A stretch of 64,000 nucleotides of DNA from an uncultured Rikenella sp. (GCA_964455705.1 CAYVYM010000009.1:20846-84845); one strand, 5' to 3'. Numbered from the stretch's first letter, positions 8,938-18,304 are shown. The notes: generated from the sequence alone by a model not told the origin. Numbers and translations are program-made.

Positions 8938-11004
8938 ATGAAAAAACTTGCTATTCTCTCAATTGCACTTCTCCTGGCCTGCCTGGGTGCGTGCAAAAAT
9001 GAAAAAACTGAAAAAACCGTGGCGGAGGTCATCAATGTGTCACTTACAGAGGCTGAAAAGGCCGGAGGAGTCCTGACCCCTGAAATACTCTGGAAATACG
9101 GCCGCATAGGATCTATAGTGCTGTCACTTGATGGCGCAACGGTTCTCTATACCGTCACGCATTACGATCTTGCAACTGAAACAAGGATGACAAATATTTA
9201 TTCAATAGCCTCTACAGGAGGAACACCCGTACAATTGACAACTGACGGAGGGTCAGGTCCGCAGTGGATAGACAACGGATCAGCGATAGCATACCTTGCC
9301 GGAGGAAAGATAATGACCATGAAACCTGACGGCACTGCAAAGAAGGAGATAACGGGATTGCAGGACTTTGAGATACTCACCTTCTCCCCGGCCGGGGACA
9401 TGGTCTATTTCACCCGGCGCATCAAGCTAGACCAGACTGCAAATGAGAAATATGACCTCCCCAATGCAAAGGTCCGTATTATAGACGACCTGATGTACAG
9501 GCACTGGAACTACTGGCACGATTACTCCTACAGCCATCTGTTCACAGCCTCCTTCGACGGTGTGGCAATAAGCGGTGAAAAGGATATCATGGAGGGTCAA
9601 CGGTTTGATACCCCTGATGCGCCCTGGTTTGATGAGGCAGATATCAGCTGGAGCCCTGACGGGAAATACATAGCCTATGCCTGCAAGAAGCTGACGGGAA
9701 AGGCCTATTCGCTTAGCACGAATACTGACATCTATCTTTATGATGTCACAACCGGGGCAGAGAAAAACATCACTGAAGGAAACATGGGTTACGATAAATC
9801 CCCCGTCTTCTCTCCTGACGGGTCGATGATAGCTTATGCGAGCATGGAAGAGGGCGGTTACGAGTCGGACCTCGAAAGGTTGTTCGTTTACAATATTGCC
9901 AGAGGTGAACGCAGTTGGGTCTCCGAGGGTTGGGATTACAATGTTGGAAACATACAGTGGCACGGAACCGGTGAGATATGGTTCACCAGCCCGTACCGCG
10001 GCACACAGCCCATATTTAAGATATCGCTCGCATCAGGTAGCATAACTAGTGTATCCAAGGGTGACTATGACATGGGACCGCTGCAACTGAAGAACGGAGT
10101 GCTTGTATCAGGTATGATGTCAATGTCGAGACCGACGGAAGTGGCTGCAGTGAATTTGTCAACCGGAGAATTTAACTTGATAACTGATGTAAACGGCCAC
10201 ATCTACGAGAGCATAAAGATGGGCAAGACAGAGGAGCGCTATACGAAGACAACGGATGGCAAGGACCTCCAGAGCTGGATCATCTATCCGCCTGATTTTG
10301 ATCCTTCTAATAAATACCCCACGCTGCTTTACTGCAAGGGCGGTCCACAGGGATCACTGGGTCAGGGATGGAGCTATCGCTGGAACTACCAGATGATGGC
10401 TGCCAACGGTTATATTGTTGTGGCCGTCAACCGGCGCGGTAATTCGGGTTTCGGGAGCTACTGGCGCGAGCAGATCTCCGGTGATTACGGTGGCAGGAAC
10501 ATGCAGGATTACCTTGATGCCATTGACGCCATGGCGAAGGAGCCGTATGTGGATAAGGACCGGCTGGGTGCCGTGGGAGCCAGCTATGGCGGGTACTCGG
10601 TCTTCTACCTGGCCGGGATGCATGACAAACGGTTCAAGGCATTCGTGTCTCACTGCGGCGTTTATAATACAATTGCCGAGTATGGCTCCACCGAGGAGTA
10701 CTGGTATCCGAACAAGGATTACCAGGGAGCACCGTGGGACAAGCCGCAGCCTCCAGGATACAATAAGTTCTCACCCCACACAATGGTCGACAAATGGGAT
10801 ACGCCCATCCTGATCATAACGGGTGCAAACGACTTTCGTATACCCTACAGCCAGAGTCTCGAGGCGTTCAACTCAGCGCAGCTTCGCGGCGTGCCCAGCA
10901 GATTACTCTTCTTCGAGAATGAGAGTCACTGGGTCACCAGGCCCCAGAACGCCGTGATTTGGCAGAAGGAGTATTTCGAATTCCTGGATACCTATCTGAA
11001 ATAG
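8938..11004 (+). CDS. S9 family serine peptidase (prolyl oligopeptidase/dipeptidyl peptidase type) lipoprotein
   Basis: Lipoprotein signal (LLACLGACKNE). N-terminal beta-propeller with WSPDGKYIAY and FSPDGSMIAY. C-terminal alpha/beta hydrolase with the nucleophile motif GASYGGY. Confidence 0.85.
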   Translation: MKKLAILSIALLLACLGACKNEKTEKTVAEVINVSLTEAEKAGGVLTPEILWKYGRIGSIVLSLDGATVLYTVTHYDLATETRMTNIYSIASTGGTPVQLTTDGGSGPQWIDNGSAIAYLAGGKIMTMKPDGTAKKEITGLQDFEILTFSPAGDMVYFTRRIKLDQTANEKYDLPNAKVRIIDDLMYRHWNYWHDYSYSHLFTASFDGVAISGEKDIMEGQRFDTPDAPWFDEADISWSPDGKYIAYACKKLTGKAYSLSTNTDIYLYDVTTGAEKNITEGNMGYDKSPVFSPDGSMIAYASMEEGGYESDLERLFVYNIARGERSWVSEGWDYNVGNIQWHGTGEIWFTSPYRGTQPIFKISLASGSITSVSKGDYDMGPLQLKNGVLVSGMMSMSRPTEVAAVNLSTGEFNLITDVNGHIYESIKMGKTEERYTKTTDGKDLQSWIIYPPDFDPSNKYPTLLYCKGGPQGSLGQGWSYRWNYQMMAANGYIVVAVNRRGNSGFGSYWREQISGDYGGRNMQDYLDAIDAMAKEPYVDKDRLGAVGASYGGYSVFYLAGMHDKRFKAFVSHCGVYNTIAEYGSTEEYWYPNKDYQGAPWDKPQPPGYNKFSPHTMVDKWDTPILIITGANDFRIPYSQSLEAFNSAQLRGVPSRLLFFENESHWVTRPQNAVIWQKEYFEFLDTYLK

Positions 11005-11032
11005 GCAATAGGCAGTAGGTAGTAGGCAATAG
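11004..11032 (+). repeat. TAG-rich heptamer module (GGCAATAGGCAGTAGGTAGTAGGCAATAG), second copy
   Basis: 28 of 29 nt match the reverse complement of 389-417. Both copies abut or overlap the stop codon of the upstream gene in the same relative orientation. TAG occurs in all three frames. Confidence 0.75.
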
Positions 11033-11078
11033 TGTAATGTTAGCCCGGAGGGCTTAATGTATTGTAGAATAAGATTAT

Positions 11079-11115
11079 AAAAACAATTTTGTTCCCTGTA
11101 GGGGATACAGAATTG
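11079..11115 (-). terminator. Candidate rho-independent terminator for the MinD/NifX-like operon
   Basis: Imperfect hairpin CAATTTTGTTCCC-TGTA-GGGGATACAGAATTG (11084-11115). On the minus strand it is followed by TTTTT (11083-11079). It lies 45 nt downstream of the stop at 11161. Confidence 0.5.
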
Positions 11116-11160
11116 TTGCTAACTCCCTCTGTCGCCTGCATGCTCTGGCTGGCCAGGATT

Positions 11161-12027
11161 TTAAAAGCCACTGTCTAATCTATTCCAGATAGCCTTCATT
11201 GAATTGCTTATTTCTGCTTCAGGATACATCTCGGTAATGGTTTTACCAGCCACCATCGCCTCCGTTACCCGCCTGTCAAAGGGCAAACGTCCGAGCAGAG
11301 TACTTCCCTGTGCTGCACTCCAGCCCTCGATCCTGTCAGCCATGGCTTCATTCAGGTCATACTTGTTAATTATAATTCCCACCTCACCGCTGAATTTGCG
11401 TGCCACTTCGTGAACTCTCTTCAGGTCGGCCAGTCCTGACATGGTAGGTTCGGTAACGATAACGATCCGGTCAACACCCGTTACTGTTGAGATCACCGGG
11501 CATCCTATTCCCGGAGGGCCGTCAAGCAGAAGGTTATCTATCCCCTTTTCTGCAGCAACCCTCCTCGCCTCATCCCTCACCATGCTGACGAGCTTACCCG
11601 AGTTCTCCTCTCCCGGCGCCAGGCGGCCGTAGACCATCATGCCGTTGCGGAACGGGCCTGAGTACATCCGACTACTGTCGCTTCGTACCATTGTGATGGC
11701 ATTCATAGGACATATACGTGAACAAAAAAAGCATCCGTCACATGATGTCTCCGAGATGACTATCTTACCCTCTTTTTCACTTATGGCATCAAACCGGCAG
11801 TATCCCTCGCAGATGCCGCATACGGTACACAGAGTATGGTCTACCACAGCCTTATGACCTCCAATATAGACCACTACCTTCTCATGTTCCGGGGTGAAAA
11901 GAAGGTAGAGATTGGCGGCATCCACATCACAGTCGGCCACCACCAGCTCCTGCCCGAGTGTCGCAAAAGCAGCTGTGATACTTGATTTTCCCGTGCCTCC
12001 CTTACCGCTGATTACTGCCAGTTCCAT
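11161..12027 (-). CDS. MinD/ParA-superfamily P-loop ATPase with inserted 2x[4Fe-4S] ferredoxin domain (COG1149-like)
   Basis: Deviant Walker A GKGGTGKS at the N-terminus. Cys clusters CTVCGICEGYC and CDGCFFCSRICP. Paralogous to the adjacent gene. Confidence 0.85.
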   Translation of the reverse strand: MELAVISGKGGTGKSSITAAFATLGQELVVADCDVDAANLYLLFTPEHEKVVVYIGGHKAVVDHTLCTVCGICEGYCRFDAISEKEGKIVISETSCDGCFFCSRICPMNAITMVRSDSSRMYSGPFRNGMMVYGRLAPGEENSGKLVSMVRDEARRVAAEKGIDNLLLDGPPGIGCPVISTVTGVDRIVIVTEPTMSGLADLKRVHEVARKFSGEVGIIINKYDLNEAMADRIEGWSAAQGSTLLGRLPFDRRVTEAMVAGKTITEMYPEAEISNSMKAIWNRLDSGF

Positions 12028-12874
12028 GTTTATCTATTAGTTTGTATGCAAGCTCAGTGAAGAGTCCGGCTAATACCTTGTTTTCACCGGCAGCCATCCT
12101 TCCCTCCGAATATGCCCTTGCAATCTCATGATCATAGTTTATCTCCGCCAGCAACGGAATCTTTTCTTCTTCAAGGTACTTTTTCACGCTGGCGTCTCCG
12201 ATATCAGCACGGTTGATGATCACGCTGCATGCTTTGTTCATCGTCCTCAGTGTCTCCACACTTTGTTTCAGGTCGCTCAACCCGAAGGGAGTCGGTTCAG
12301 TCACCAGTAATATATGGTCAGACTTGTCTACGGTCTGCACAAAGGGGCATGATGTACCGGGCGGTGAGTCCAGGATAGTTACTCCTTCGTTGCCCGCCTT
12401 ATTTATCGCGGCTTTTATAACCCTCACCGGGGACATCTCGTTCACTCTCATACGGGCTTCGATGAGCGGAGCTTTTCCTGATATCTTATATGAAGTAACC
12501 GCTCCCAGTACAACGGGCTTTTCAGTGATGGCGCCGGCGTTGCACGCGAAACTGCATGCCCCGCAGCCGTGACACAGGTTCTCTATCACCTCAATCACTT
12601 TCGCCGACGGGACATAAAAGATAGCGTTGTAGTTGCACCACATACTGCAACGACCGCACCATTTACATGCATCCTTATTGATTACGGGAACCTGATGTGT
12701 CACCTCCGATTCGGAGACCTTCTCAGCCTTAAAGAAAATGAGATCATCCGGCGCCTCTGCGTCACAGTCGACCAGTGTGACCCTGTCGCCACGTTCTGAT
12801 AACACATGGAATAAGTTGGTGGCTACAAAGGTTTTTCCTGTACCCCCTTTGCCGCTTGCAACAGCTATCTTCAT
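12002..12874 (-). CDS. MinD/ParA-superfamily P-loop ATPase with inserted 4Fe-4S ferredoxin domain (paralog)
   Basis: GKGGTGKT Walker A. Cys clusters CKWCGRCSMWC and CHGCGACSFAC. 26-nt overlap with the downstream paralog. Confidence 0.85.
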   Translation of the reverse strand: MKIAVASGKGGTGKTFVATNLFHVLSERGDRVTLVDCDAEAPDDLIFFKAEKVSESEVTHQVPVINKDACKWCGRCSMWCNYNAIFYVPSAKVIEVIENLCHGCGACSFACNAGAITEKPVVLGAVTSYKISGKAPLIEARMRVNEMSPVRVIKAAINKAGNEGVTILDSPPGTSCPFVQTVDKSDHILLVTEPTPFGLSDLKQSVETLRTMNKACSVIINRADIGDASVKKYLEEEKIPLLAEINYDHEIARAYSEGRMAAGENKVLAGLFTELAYKLIDKHGTGSNQR

Positions 12875-12885
12875 TTGTTGAGCTT

Positions 12886-13329
12886 CTAGTCGTAAGTAAG
12901 CCTGGTAATCTCGTCAGCCAGGGTTGGTTTGATAAACCTCTGCATGGCTGCACCTTTCCAGGTACCAAGATTCATGTGAGTAGTGTAATATTTCTGCGGG
13001 ATCGGATGAGTGCCGACAACCACCTCAATGCCATATTTCTCGGGGATGAACCTGGTGAAGTAGTCGAGCCTGGGGCAGGGCGGATAACCTACAACGAGGC
13101 CCGTGGCCAGGTGAATGACGCTTACCCCGTTTTTAATCATCTCCTCAGGGGTATACTCAACGTTTCCGCCAGGGCATCCTCCACATGTTGTGAAGGCTGC
13201 CACCTCTATATCCTGATCCTTATATCTGTCGAAGGCACCCTCGCGGTTGCGGACGGATCTGAAGCACTTGCCACCGGCACATGCGGAATACCGGTCACAT
13301 ATGATTATACCTATCCTTTTCTTTTCCAT
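12886..13329 (-). CDS. CGGC domain-containing protein
   Basis: 147 aa with ..FTTCGGCPGGN.. (the eponymous CGGC motif) and further conserved Cys residues (ICDRYSACAGGKC). Confidence 0.75.
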   Translation of the reverse strand: MEKKRIGIIICDRYSACAGGKCFRSVRNREGAFDRYKDQDIEVAAFTTCGGCPGGNVEYTPEEMIKNGVSVIHLATGLVVGYPPCPRLDYFTRFIPEKYGIEVVVGTHPIPQKYYTTHMNLGTWKGAAMQRFIKPTLADEITRLTYD

Positions 13330-13338
13330 GACATTCTG

Positions 13339-13677
13339 TTAATGGTCACAATAATTTGCTCCGGCCTGCAGCTTATCGTTAAGCAGGTCTGTTGCAAGCT
13401 CGTCCGGACTTTTAACCGGTGCTCCGACAAAGACATTTATTGAATGCTGATTGAAAAGGCCTATGGCCCTTTGTCCCATGCCCCCTGCAATGACATCAGT
13501 CACCCCTTTTTCTGCCAGCCATCCGGGAAGCAGTCCCGGCTCATGAGGTGGAGGCGTGATGAGAGTTTCAGATGTTATTGACTTGTCCTCGGCATCTACA
13601 ATTGCGAACTGCTCGCAGTGGCCGAAATGAGAGCAAAGGATTCCTCCCTCAAGGGGAATTGCTATACGTTTCTTCAT
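13339..13677 (-). CDS. NifB/NifX-family (MTH1175-like) small cofactor-binding protein
   Basis: 112 aa. HFGHCEQFAIVD motif and a ..VIAGGMGQRA.. segment typical of the dinitrogenase FeMo-cofactor-binding fold family. Confidence 0.8.
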   Translation of the reverse strand: MKKRIAIPLEGGILCSHFGHCEQFAIVDAEDKSITSETLITPPPHEPGLLPGWLAEKGVTDVIAGGMGQRAIGLFNQHSINVFVGAPVKSPDELATDLLNDKLQAGANYCDH

Positions 13678-13685
13678 GTTCTAAG

Positions 13686-14003
13686 TTATTTATTCAACAT
13701 ATCAATTACTGACTGAACCGTCTTTTCCGGCTCCCTGTAAACAACCATCTGGATTTTCAGGCTGTCAAGGAGCGACTTGATCTTCACCCCGAACTCGCCG
13801 GAGATAATCTTCTTCACTTCCTTTGATGCCACCAACTGAACCGATGCCGGTCCGGCTCCCTCCTCGGCATCCTTGTTCGGGTTTGGAAGGATCTCAACCC
13901 CTCCTGTCTCTGTGTCATAGATAACAAAGAACGCGCAGCGGCCGAACCGCTGATCGAGATTGCTTTCAAGGCTTTGCCCTGTACTTGTTATCGCTACTTT
14001 CAT
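13686..14003 (-). CDS. NifB/NifX-family (MTH1175-like) small protein, paralog
   Basis: 105 aa. RFGRCAFFVIYD motif. Same fold family as the adjacent gene. Confidence 0.8.
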   Translation of the reverse strand: MKVAITSTGQSLESNLDQRFGRCAFFVIYDTETGGVEILPNPNKDAEEGAGPASVQLVASKEVKKIISGEFGVKIKSLLDSLKIQMVVYREPEKTVQSVIDMLNK

Positions 14004-14412
14004 ATTTTCTTATTGTTTCAGATCTTCCGCAAAGTGGGCATTCAGAAGGCTCAACAATCTTTTCCGGCTGGTTGAATAAACAGTTACACCCGTTGCATTT
14101 ATACCACTCGCTGTCAAAATATATCTTTCCACCTTCAATTATTAACTGCTTCCCGTTGACGATAGCATCGGCAATCCTGGCCCTGGCTTTCGCGTAGATT
14201 CGGGTAAGGGTAGGACGCGAGACATCCATCACCCGGGCAGCCTCATGATGATTCATATTCTCAAAATCACAAAGCCTGATCACCTCATACTCCTCGAGGT
14301 GCAGAAAGACTGACTGAGGTTGCTCATTCTTAGCTGTCCCCCCGTAAGGTCTGAAACCTGATACAAGTGGCGGATTACTTACCCTCCTTAATCTCTTCGG
14401 TCGTGGTGACAC
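13966..14412 (-). CDS. DUF134/UPF0251 putative DNA-binding protein with C-terminal zinc-ribbon-like extension
   Basis: N-terminus MSPRPKRLRRVSNPPLVSGFRPYG and an HTH-like HHEAARVMDVSRPTLTRIY are typical of UPF0251. The C-terminus carries CNGCNC...CPLCG. Confidence 0.8.
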   Translation of the reverse strand: MSPRPKRLRRVSNPPLVSGFRPYGGTAKNEQPQSVFLHLEEYEVIRLCDFENMNHHEAARVMDVSRPTLTRIYAKARARIADAIVNGKQLIIEGGKIYFDSEWYKCNGCNCLFNQPEKIVEPSECPLCGRSETIRKYESSDNKYRAKP

Positions 14413-14433
14413 TTTTTGATCATTTGCTCGTTA

Positions 14434-14441
14434 CAAATATA
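14434..14441 (-). promoter_or_regulatory. Candidate -7 box (TATATTTG on minus strand) for the DUF134 operon
   Basis: The plus strand reads CAAATATA. It lies 22 nt upstream of the ATG at 14412. Confidence 0.4.
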
Positions 14442-14644
14442 ATGAACTTATGATCATAATGTATAATCCTCACTAATTTTCTACCGAATTAATTTTATGG
14501 GGACAGACTTTGCCCGATTTCAGGCAGTTGTACACTAAGGCATCATCTGGGTACCGGACTGGGCCCAGTTTCAGGTGAATATTGGAGCTATGACTCTGCG
14601 GAGAAAATCTCAATATTCTCATTATAATTGCGGCGATTAATTTG

Positions 14645-14652
14645 TATATTTG
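14645..14652 (+). promoter_or_regulatory. Candidate -7 box (TATATTTG) for the Fic gene
   Basis: Exact TAnnTTTG match, 21 nt upstream of the ATG at 14674. Confidence 0.4.
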
Positions 14653-14673
14653 CCGCAAGCTCAATAATCAAAA

Positions 14674-15768
14674 ATGAATAAATATATTTATCAATATGGA
14701 CAGTGGCCACATTTCACATGGGATGACAAGGAAGTAAATGGAATTTTAGGAAGAGTACGCCATCTGCAGGGAAAGATCATGGGACAAATGGCGTCCCTGG
14801 GCTTTTCCATGAAAGAAGAAGCCCTGCTATCCACCCTGACAACTGATGTCATTAAATCATCTGAGATAGAGGGTGAAACATTGAACTATGAGCAGGTACG
14901 TTCCTCAATTGCAAGAAGATTGGGGATGGAATATGCCGGTATGACACCGGCAACAAGAGATGTTGACGGCGTGGTTGAAATGATGCTGGATGCAACACAG
15001 AATTATGAAGAACAACTGACCGAAGAACGGCTGTTCGGATGGCATGCTGCATTATTCCCATCGGGTTGGAGTGGTATGCAACGGATAGATTCCGGATGCT
15101 ATCGCAAGGGAATAATGCAGGTGGTTTCCGGCCCCATGGGTAAAGAAAAGATCCATTACCTTGCCCCCGCGCCAGAGAGAGTGAAACAGGAAATGGATCT
15201 ATTCCTGGAATGGTTTAATGCTGAATCAAAACAAGATGCTGTATTAAAAGCAGCCATATCGCATTTCTGGTTTATAATTATACATCCTTTCGATGACGGC
15301 AATGGTCGTATTGCGAGGACGCTCTCTGATATGTTATTGGCACGTTCTGAAGACAGCTCACAAAGATTTTATAGTCTCTCGAACCAGGTACTGATTGAGA
15401 AAAAAGGTTATTACGCAGTATTACAAAAAGTTCAGCATAGCAACGGAGATATTACTGAATGGCTGAACTGGTTCCTGAATTGTCTGCATCATGCATTGGA
15501 ATCAACAGAAAAAACAATGTTCAAAGTGCTTCAAAAAGCAGATTTCTGGGATAGACATAAAGAGACCTTGCTAAATAGAAGGCAGAGACTCATGCTGAAC
15601 AAACTTCTGGATGGGTTTGATGGAAAACTACGAACATCAAAATGGACTAAAATCACTAAATGCTCAGCTGACACAGCGTTAAGAGACATCAAAGATTTAA
15701 TTGACAAAGGCATATTGAGAAAAGAAAAATCAGGAGGAAGAAGTACAAATTATGAAGTAATTGATTAA
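14674..15768 (+). CDS. Fic family protein (AMPylase-type), class II with N-terminal inhibitory helix and C-terminal winged-helix domain
   Basis: Fic active-site motif HPFDDGNGRIAR (HxFx[D/E]GNGRxxR). The upstream inhibitory motif SSEIEG fits [S/T]xxxE[G/N]. ~364 aa architecture like SoFic-type proteins. Confidence 0.9.
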   Translation: MNKYIYQYGQWPHFTWDDKEVNGILGRVRHLQGKIMGQMASLGFSMKEEALLSTLTTDVIKSSEIEGETLNYEQVRSSIARRLGMEYAGMTPATRDVDGVVEMMLDATQNYEEQLTEERLFGWHAALFPSGWSGMQRIDSGCYRKGIMQVVSGPMGKEKIHYLAPAPERVKQEMDLFLEWFNAESKQDAVLKAAISHFWFIIIHPFDDGNGRIARTLSDMLLARSEDSSQRFYSLSNQVLIEKKGYYAVLQKVQHSNGDITEWLNWFLNCLHHALESTEKTMFKVLQKADFWDRHKETLLNRRQRLMLNKLLDGFDGKLRTSKWTKITKCSADTALRDIKDLIDKGILRKEKSGGRSTNYEVID

Positions 15769-15865
15769 TGCATAATGCATTGTTGTGCTGCCAGAGTGCC
15801 TGACTGGGGTTTCAACAGTAAACCTGCCGGCTTTGCTTGCCCTGCTAATAATATATGCAAGCCTT

Positions 15866-16948
15866 TCAATTTAAAAACCTGACGCATGCCGGGGCGTTGA
15901 GGGGCAGGGTTGAGACAGCCTCATCAGAATCGCCACCGGCTGCCATCACAGATATCTCATTTGATCTCTGGTTTGCCACCAGGAAATATTTGCCGGACCT
16001 CGTGACTGCAAAGTTCCGTGGCCAGTTGCCACCGCAGCTCTGGTGAGACGGATCCGATAGTGTCCCGTCGGCCCTGACCCTGAAGGTCGCAATGCTGTTA
16101 TGTCCCCGGTTTGATCCGTAGATCCTTTTTCCGTTGCGCGACAGGTGTATGTCTGCACAGTAACTCTTTTCCGTGTAACCATCGGGCAGGGTGCTGATAG
16201 TCTGCTTTACATTTACTGTATCGGACAGACTATTGTATACTGAAACTGAAGAATTCAGCTCATTGATAACATACAGGTTCGCACCTGGCCTGTCAATTGC
16301 CATGTGCCTGGGACCGCTTCCCGGTCCACAGCTGAACGATGGAACAACTGCATTCATAAGCAGACCCAATGTTGTGTCAAGTTTTAGCTGATATACCCTG
16401 TCAAGTCCAAGGTCAGACACATAATAGGTATGAAGGCGCCGATTATACACGGTCATATGCGGGTGCGACTTCTCACCATAAAATATCACATCTGTGACCT
16501 TTTCAGGCATCCCTTCGCTGCTGAGTCTGACGACAGATACTGAGCCGCTTCCGTAGTTGGCTGTGATCAGGTGTCTTCCGTCTTTCGAGAGAATAATATG
16601 GCATGGGCCTCCCCCACCCTGGTTGAGTGAGCCGACTTTCTCAAAACTCTTGCTTTTTTCATCAAATCGCAGCGTGGTGACGCCCCCTCCGGATTTCAGG
16701 TTAAAGGTGTCAACCTCATTGACGAAATAAACGAGGCCATCCTTGCCGTAGGTAAAGAACGAAGGATTATCACCTACAGTGATCTCCGAAAGCTTTTCAA
16801 TGCTGCCGTTGCCATTCAGCTTACAAAGCAACACATCAGCCCCACCATCACCTGAATAGCCGGATGCTATGAACATGTTTTCCCCCATGTTACATGAAGA
16901 AAGAAAAGCAGTGAGCACCACCAACACTATCAGAATTTGATTCTTCAT
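15866..16948 (-). CDS. Lactonase-family 7-bladed beta-propeller lipoprotein (6-phosphogluconolactonase-like)
   Basis: Lipobox (LSSCNMG). Repeated blade pattern with ..GGGPCHIILSKDGRHLITANYGSGSVSV.., GSGPRHMAIDRPGANLYVINELNSSVSVY and NFAVTRSGKYFLVANQRSNEISV. Confidence 0.7.
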   Translation of the reverse strand: MKNQILIVLVVLTAFLSSCNMGENMFIASGYSGDGGADVLLCKLNGNGSIEKLSEITVGDNPSFFTYGKDGLVYFVNEVDTFNLKSGGGVTTLRFDEKSKSFEKVGSLNQGGGGPCHIILSKDGRHLITANYGSGSVSVVRLSSEGMPEKVTDVIFYGEKSHPHMTVYNRRLHTYYVSDLGLDRVYQLKLDTTLGLLMNAVVPSFSCGPGSGPRHMAIDRPGANLYVINELNSSVSVYNSLSDTVNVKQTISTLPDGYTEKSYCADIHLSRNGKRIYGSNRGHNSIATFRVRADGTLSDPSHQSCGGNWPRNFAVTRSGKYFLVANQRSNEISVMAAGGDSDEAVSTLPLNAPACVRFLN

Positions 16949-17076
16949 CGGATTGCATGTATATCATTGTTTTCCTTTGTCTGCCTCTATAGTACCGGCA
17001 TGACCGGACGAAAGACAAATATGAGGCAATTTATTTAAATCTTTAAGAATCTCTGGCGAAAGATTCCCAATGCCTG

Positions 17077-18270
17077 TCAGTACATCATTCCAAACATCCA
17101 TAGTGGAATGCGGTTACCGGAACCGTACTCAATATCATCCGATACCACAAAGGCGTTCTCGGTTCCGGTCAGCTGTTTATTCGGCCTGTCCTTACCTCCT
17201 ATCTCAAATACGTATTTCCCGTCCATGAAAGAATCGGCCCTTGCATCATACTGCAGCACATGCTCATATCCCGCCTGGTTGGCAAAGAATGTCTCTCTCA
17301 GGTTTCCTTTGCTTAATTGTCCGCTGCCAAGTATATGCATAAGGTTAGTATTCTCAAGAAATATCTTTTCAGGCTTTTGGAGGATACTAATTCCAGCTGA
17401 GTTTTTATACAGTGCATTTATCAACTTTGCCTCTTCCAGATATTTCAGGTAAGATACTAATGTGATACGAGCCATGCCTGTACGTTCAGCAAGTTTACTC
17501 ACATTGGGGACAAATGGAGCCGATTGTGAGATAATCTGCAGCAGTTGTTTCAATTTATGTATATACCCATACTCTACACCCCTCAACAATGGCAGTTCTA
17601 TTTCCAGAATCATGTTTACCGTCTCCTCCAGTCTCATCGGATAACGGCCAGGATTTTCTGAATAGTAGGGATAATATCCGTTTTGCAGATAATCTCCGAA
17701 GTATCGTATCGGCTTGAACTTTCCAACTACTTCCGCCGATATCTCAATATGATGCCTCAGGATATCCTGCAGACCACAAACCGGCAGATTGATACCGTGA
17801 AACATAGCTGCATATTCACGGAAAGAGAGCCCCTGCAAGTGGTAAATATCTGCTCTGCGCGAGAGGTCAGCTCGTGCATTCAGTATTTCCAGCAACGACG
17901 AACCTGTGAATACGATTTTCAGATTGGGATAATCGTCATAGATGTTCTTTATTTCCTGCGACCATGAAGGGTATTTATGCACTTCGTCCAAAAATAAGTG
18001 TCTTCCTCCGTGTTTCACAAAATCGTCTGCAAGTGTACTTAACCTGTGATCAGCGAACCAGATATTGTCTAAACTCACATATAACGCAATTTTGTCTTGC
18101 CCATAATTCTGGAGGATATATTGAAGCATCAGGGTGGTTTTACCTACACCACGGGCTCCTTTTATACCAACCAGACGTGAATCCCACTGAATACGGTCTT
18201 TCAGGGAGCGTACAAACCTGGTGTCAGTCAACGATAACCGTTGATAATGTTTCTCAATCAGTGATTCCAT
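17077..18270 (-). CDS. AAA-superfamily ATPase of the COG1373 / DUF4143 type
   Basis: Walker A GARGVGKTT. Walker B-like HLFLDEVH. The C-terminal part resembles the DUF4143 region of these ~400-aa ATPases. Confidence 0.75.
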   Translation of the reverse strand: MESLIEKHYQRLSLTDTRFVRSLKDRIQWDSRLVGIKGARGVGKTTLMLQYILQNYGQDKIALYVSLDNIWFADHRLSTLADDFVKHGGRHLFLDEVHKYPSWSQEIKNIYDDYPNLKIVFTGSSLLEILNARADLSRRADIYHLQGLSFREYAAMFHGINLPVCGLQDILRHHIEISAEVVGKFKPIRYFGDYLQNGYYPYYSENPGRYPMRLEETVNMILEIELPLLRGVEYGYIHKLKQLLQIISQSAPFVPNVSKLAERTGMARITLVSYLKYLEEAKLINALYKNSAGISILQKPEKIFLENTNLMHILGSGQLSKGNLRETFFANQAGYEHVLQYDARADSFMDGKYVFEIGGKDRPNKQLTGTENAFVVSDDIEYGSGNRIPLWMFGMMY

Positions 18271-18296
18271 ATTGGATTATTGATAACTGATCTTTA

Positions 18297-18304
18297 CAAA
18301 TATA
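18297..18304 (-). promoter_or_regulatory. Candidate -7 box (TATATTTG on minus strand) for the AAA ATPase, flanked by TTGATAACT operator-like palindromes
   Basis: The plus strand reads CAAATATA, 27 nt upstream of the ATG at 18270. A perfect palindrome TTGATAACT-CC-AGTTATCAA lies at 18313-18332, and an extra half-site TTGATAACT at 18280-18288. Confidence 0.35.

Noticed and set aside
13339-14003. NifX/NifB-family genes as evidence of a nitrogen-fixation cluster.
   Set aside because: No nifH/D/K, nifE/N or radical-SAM NifB domain is present. These are the small stand-alone MTH1175-like proteins found in many non-diazotrophic anaerobes.
14674-18270. Fic plus AAA ATPase as a toxin-antitoxin or anti-phage defence pair.
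   Set aside because: The two genes are on opposite strands and separated by a lactonase gene. Fic carries its own intramolecular inhibitory motif (class II), so no antitoxin partner is needed. No nuclease or other effector domains were seen. The evidence is insufficient for a defence-system call.
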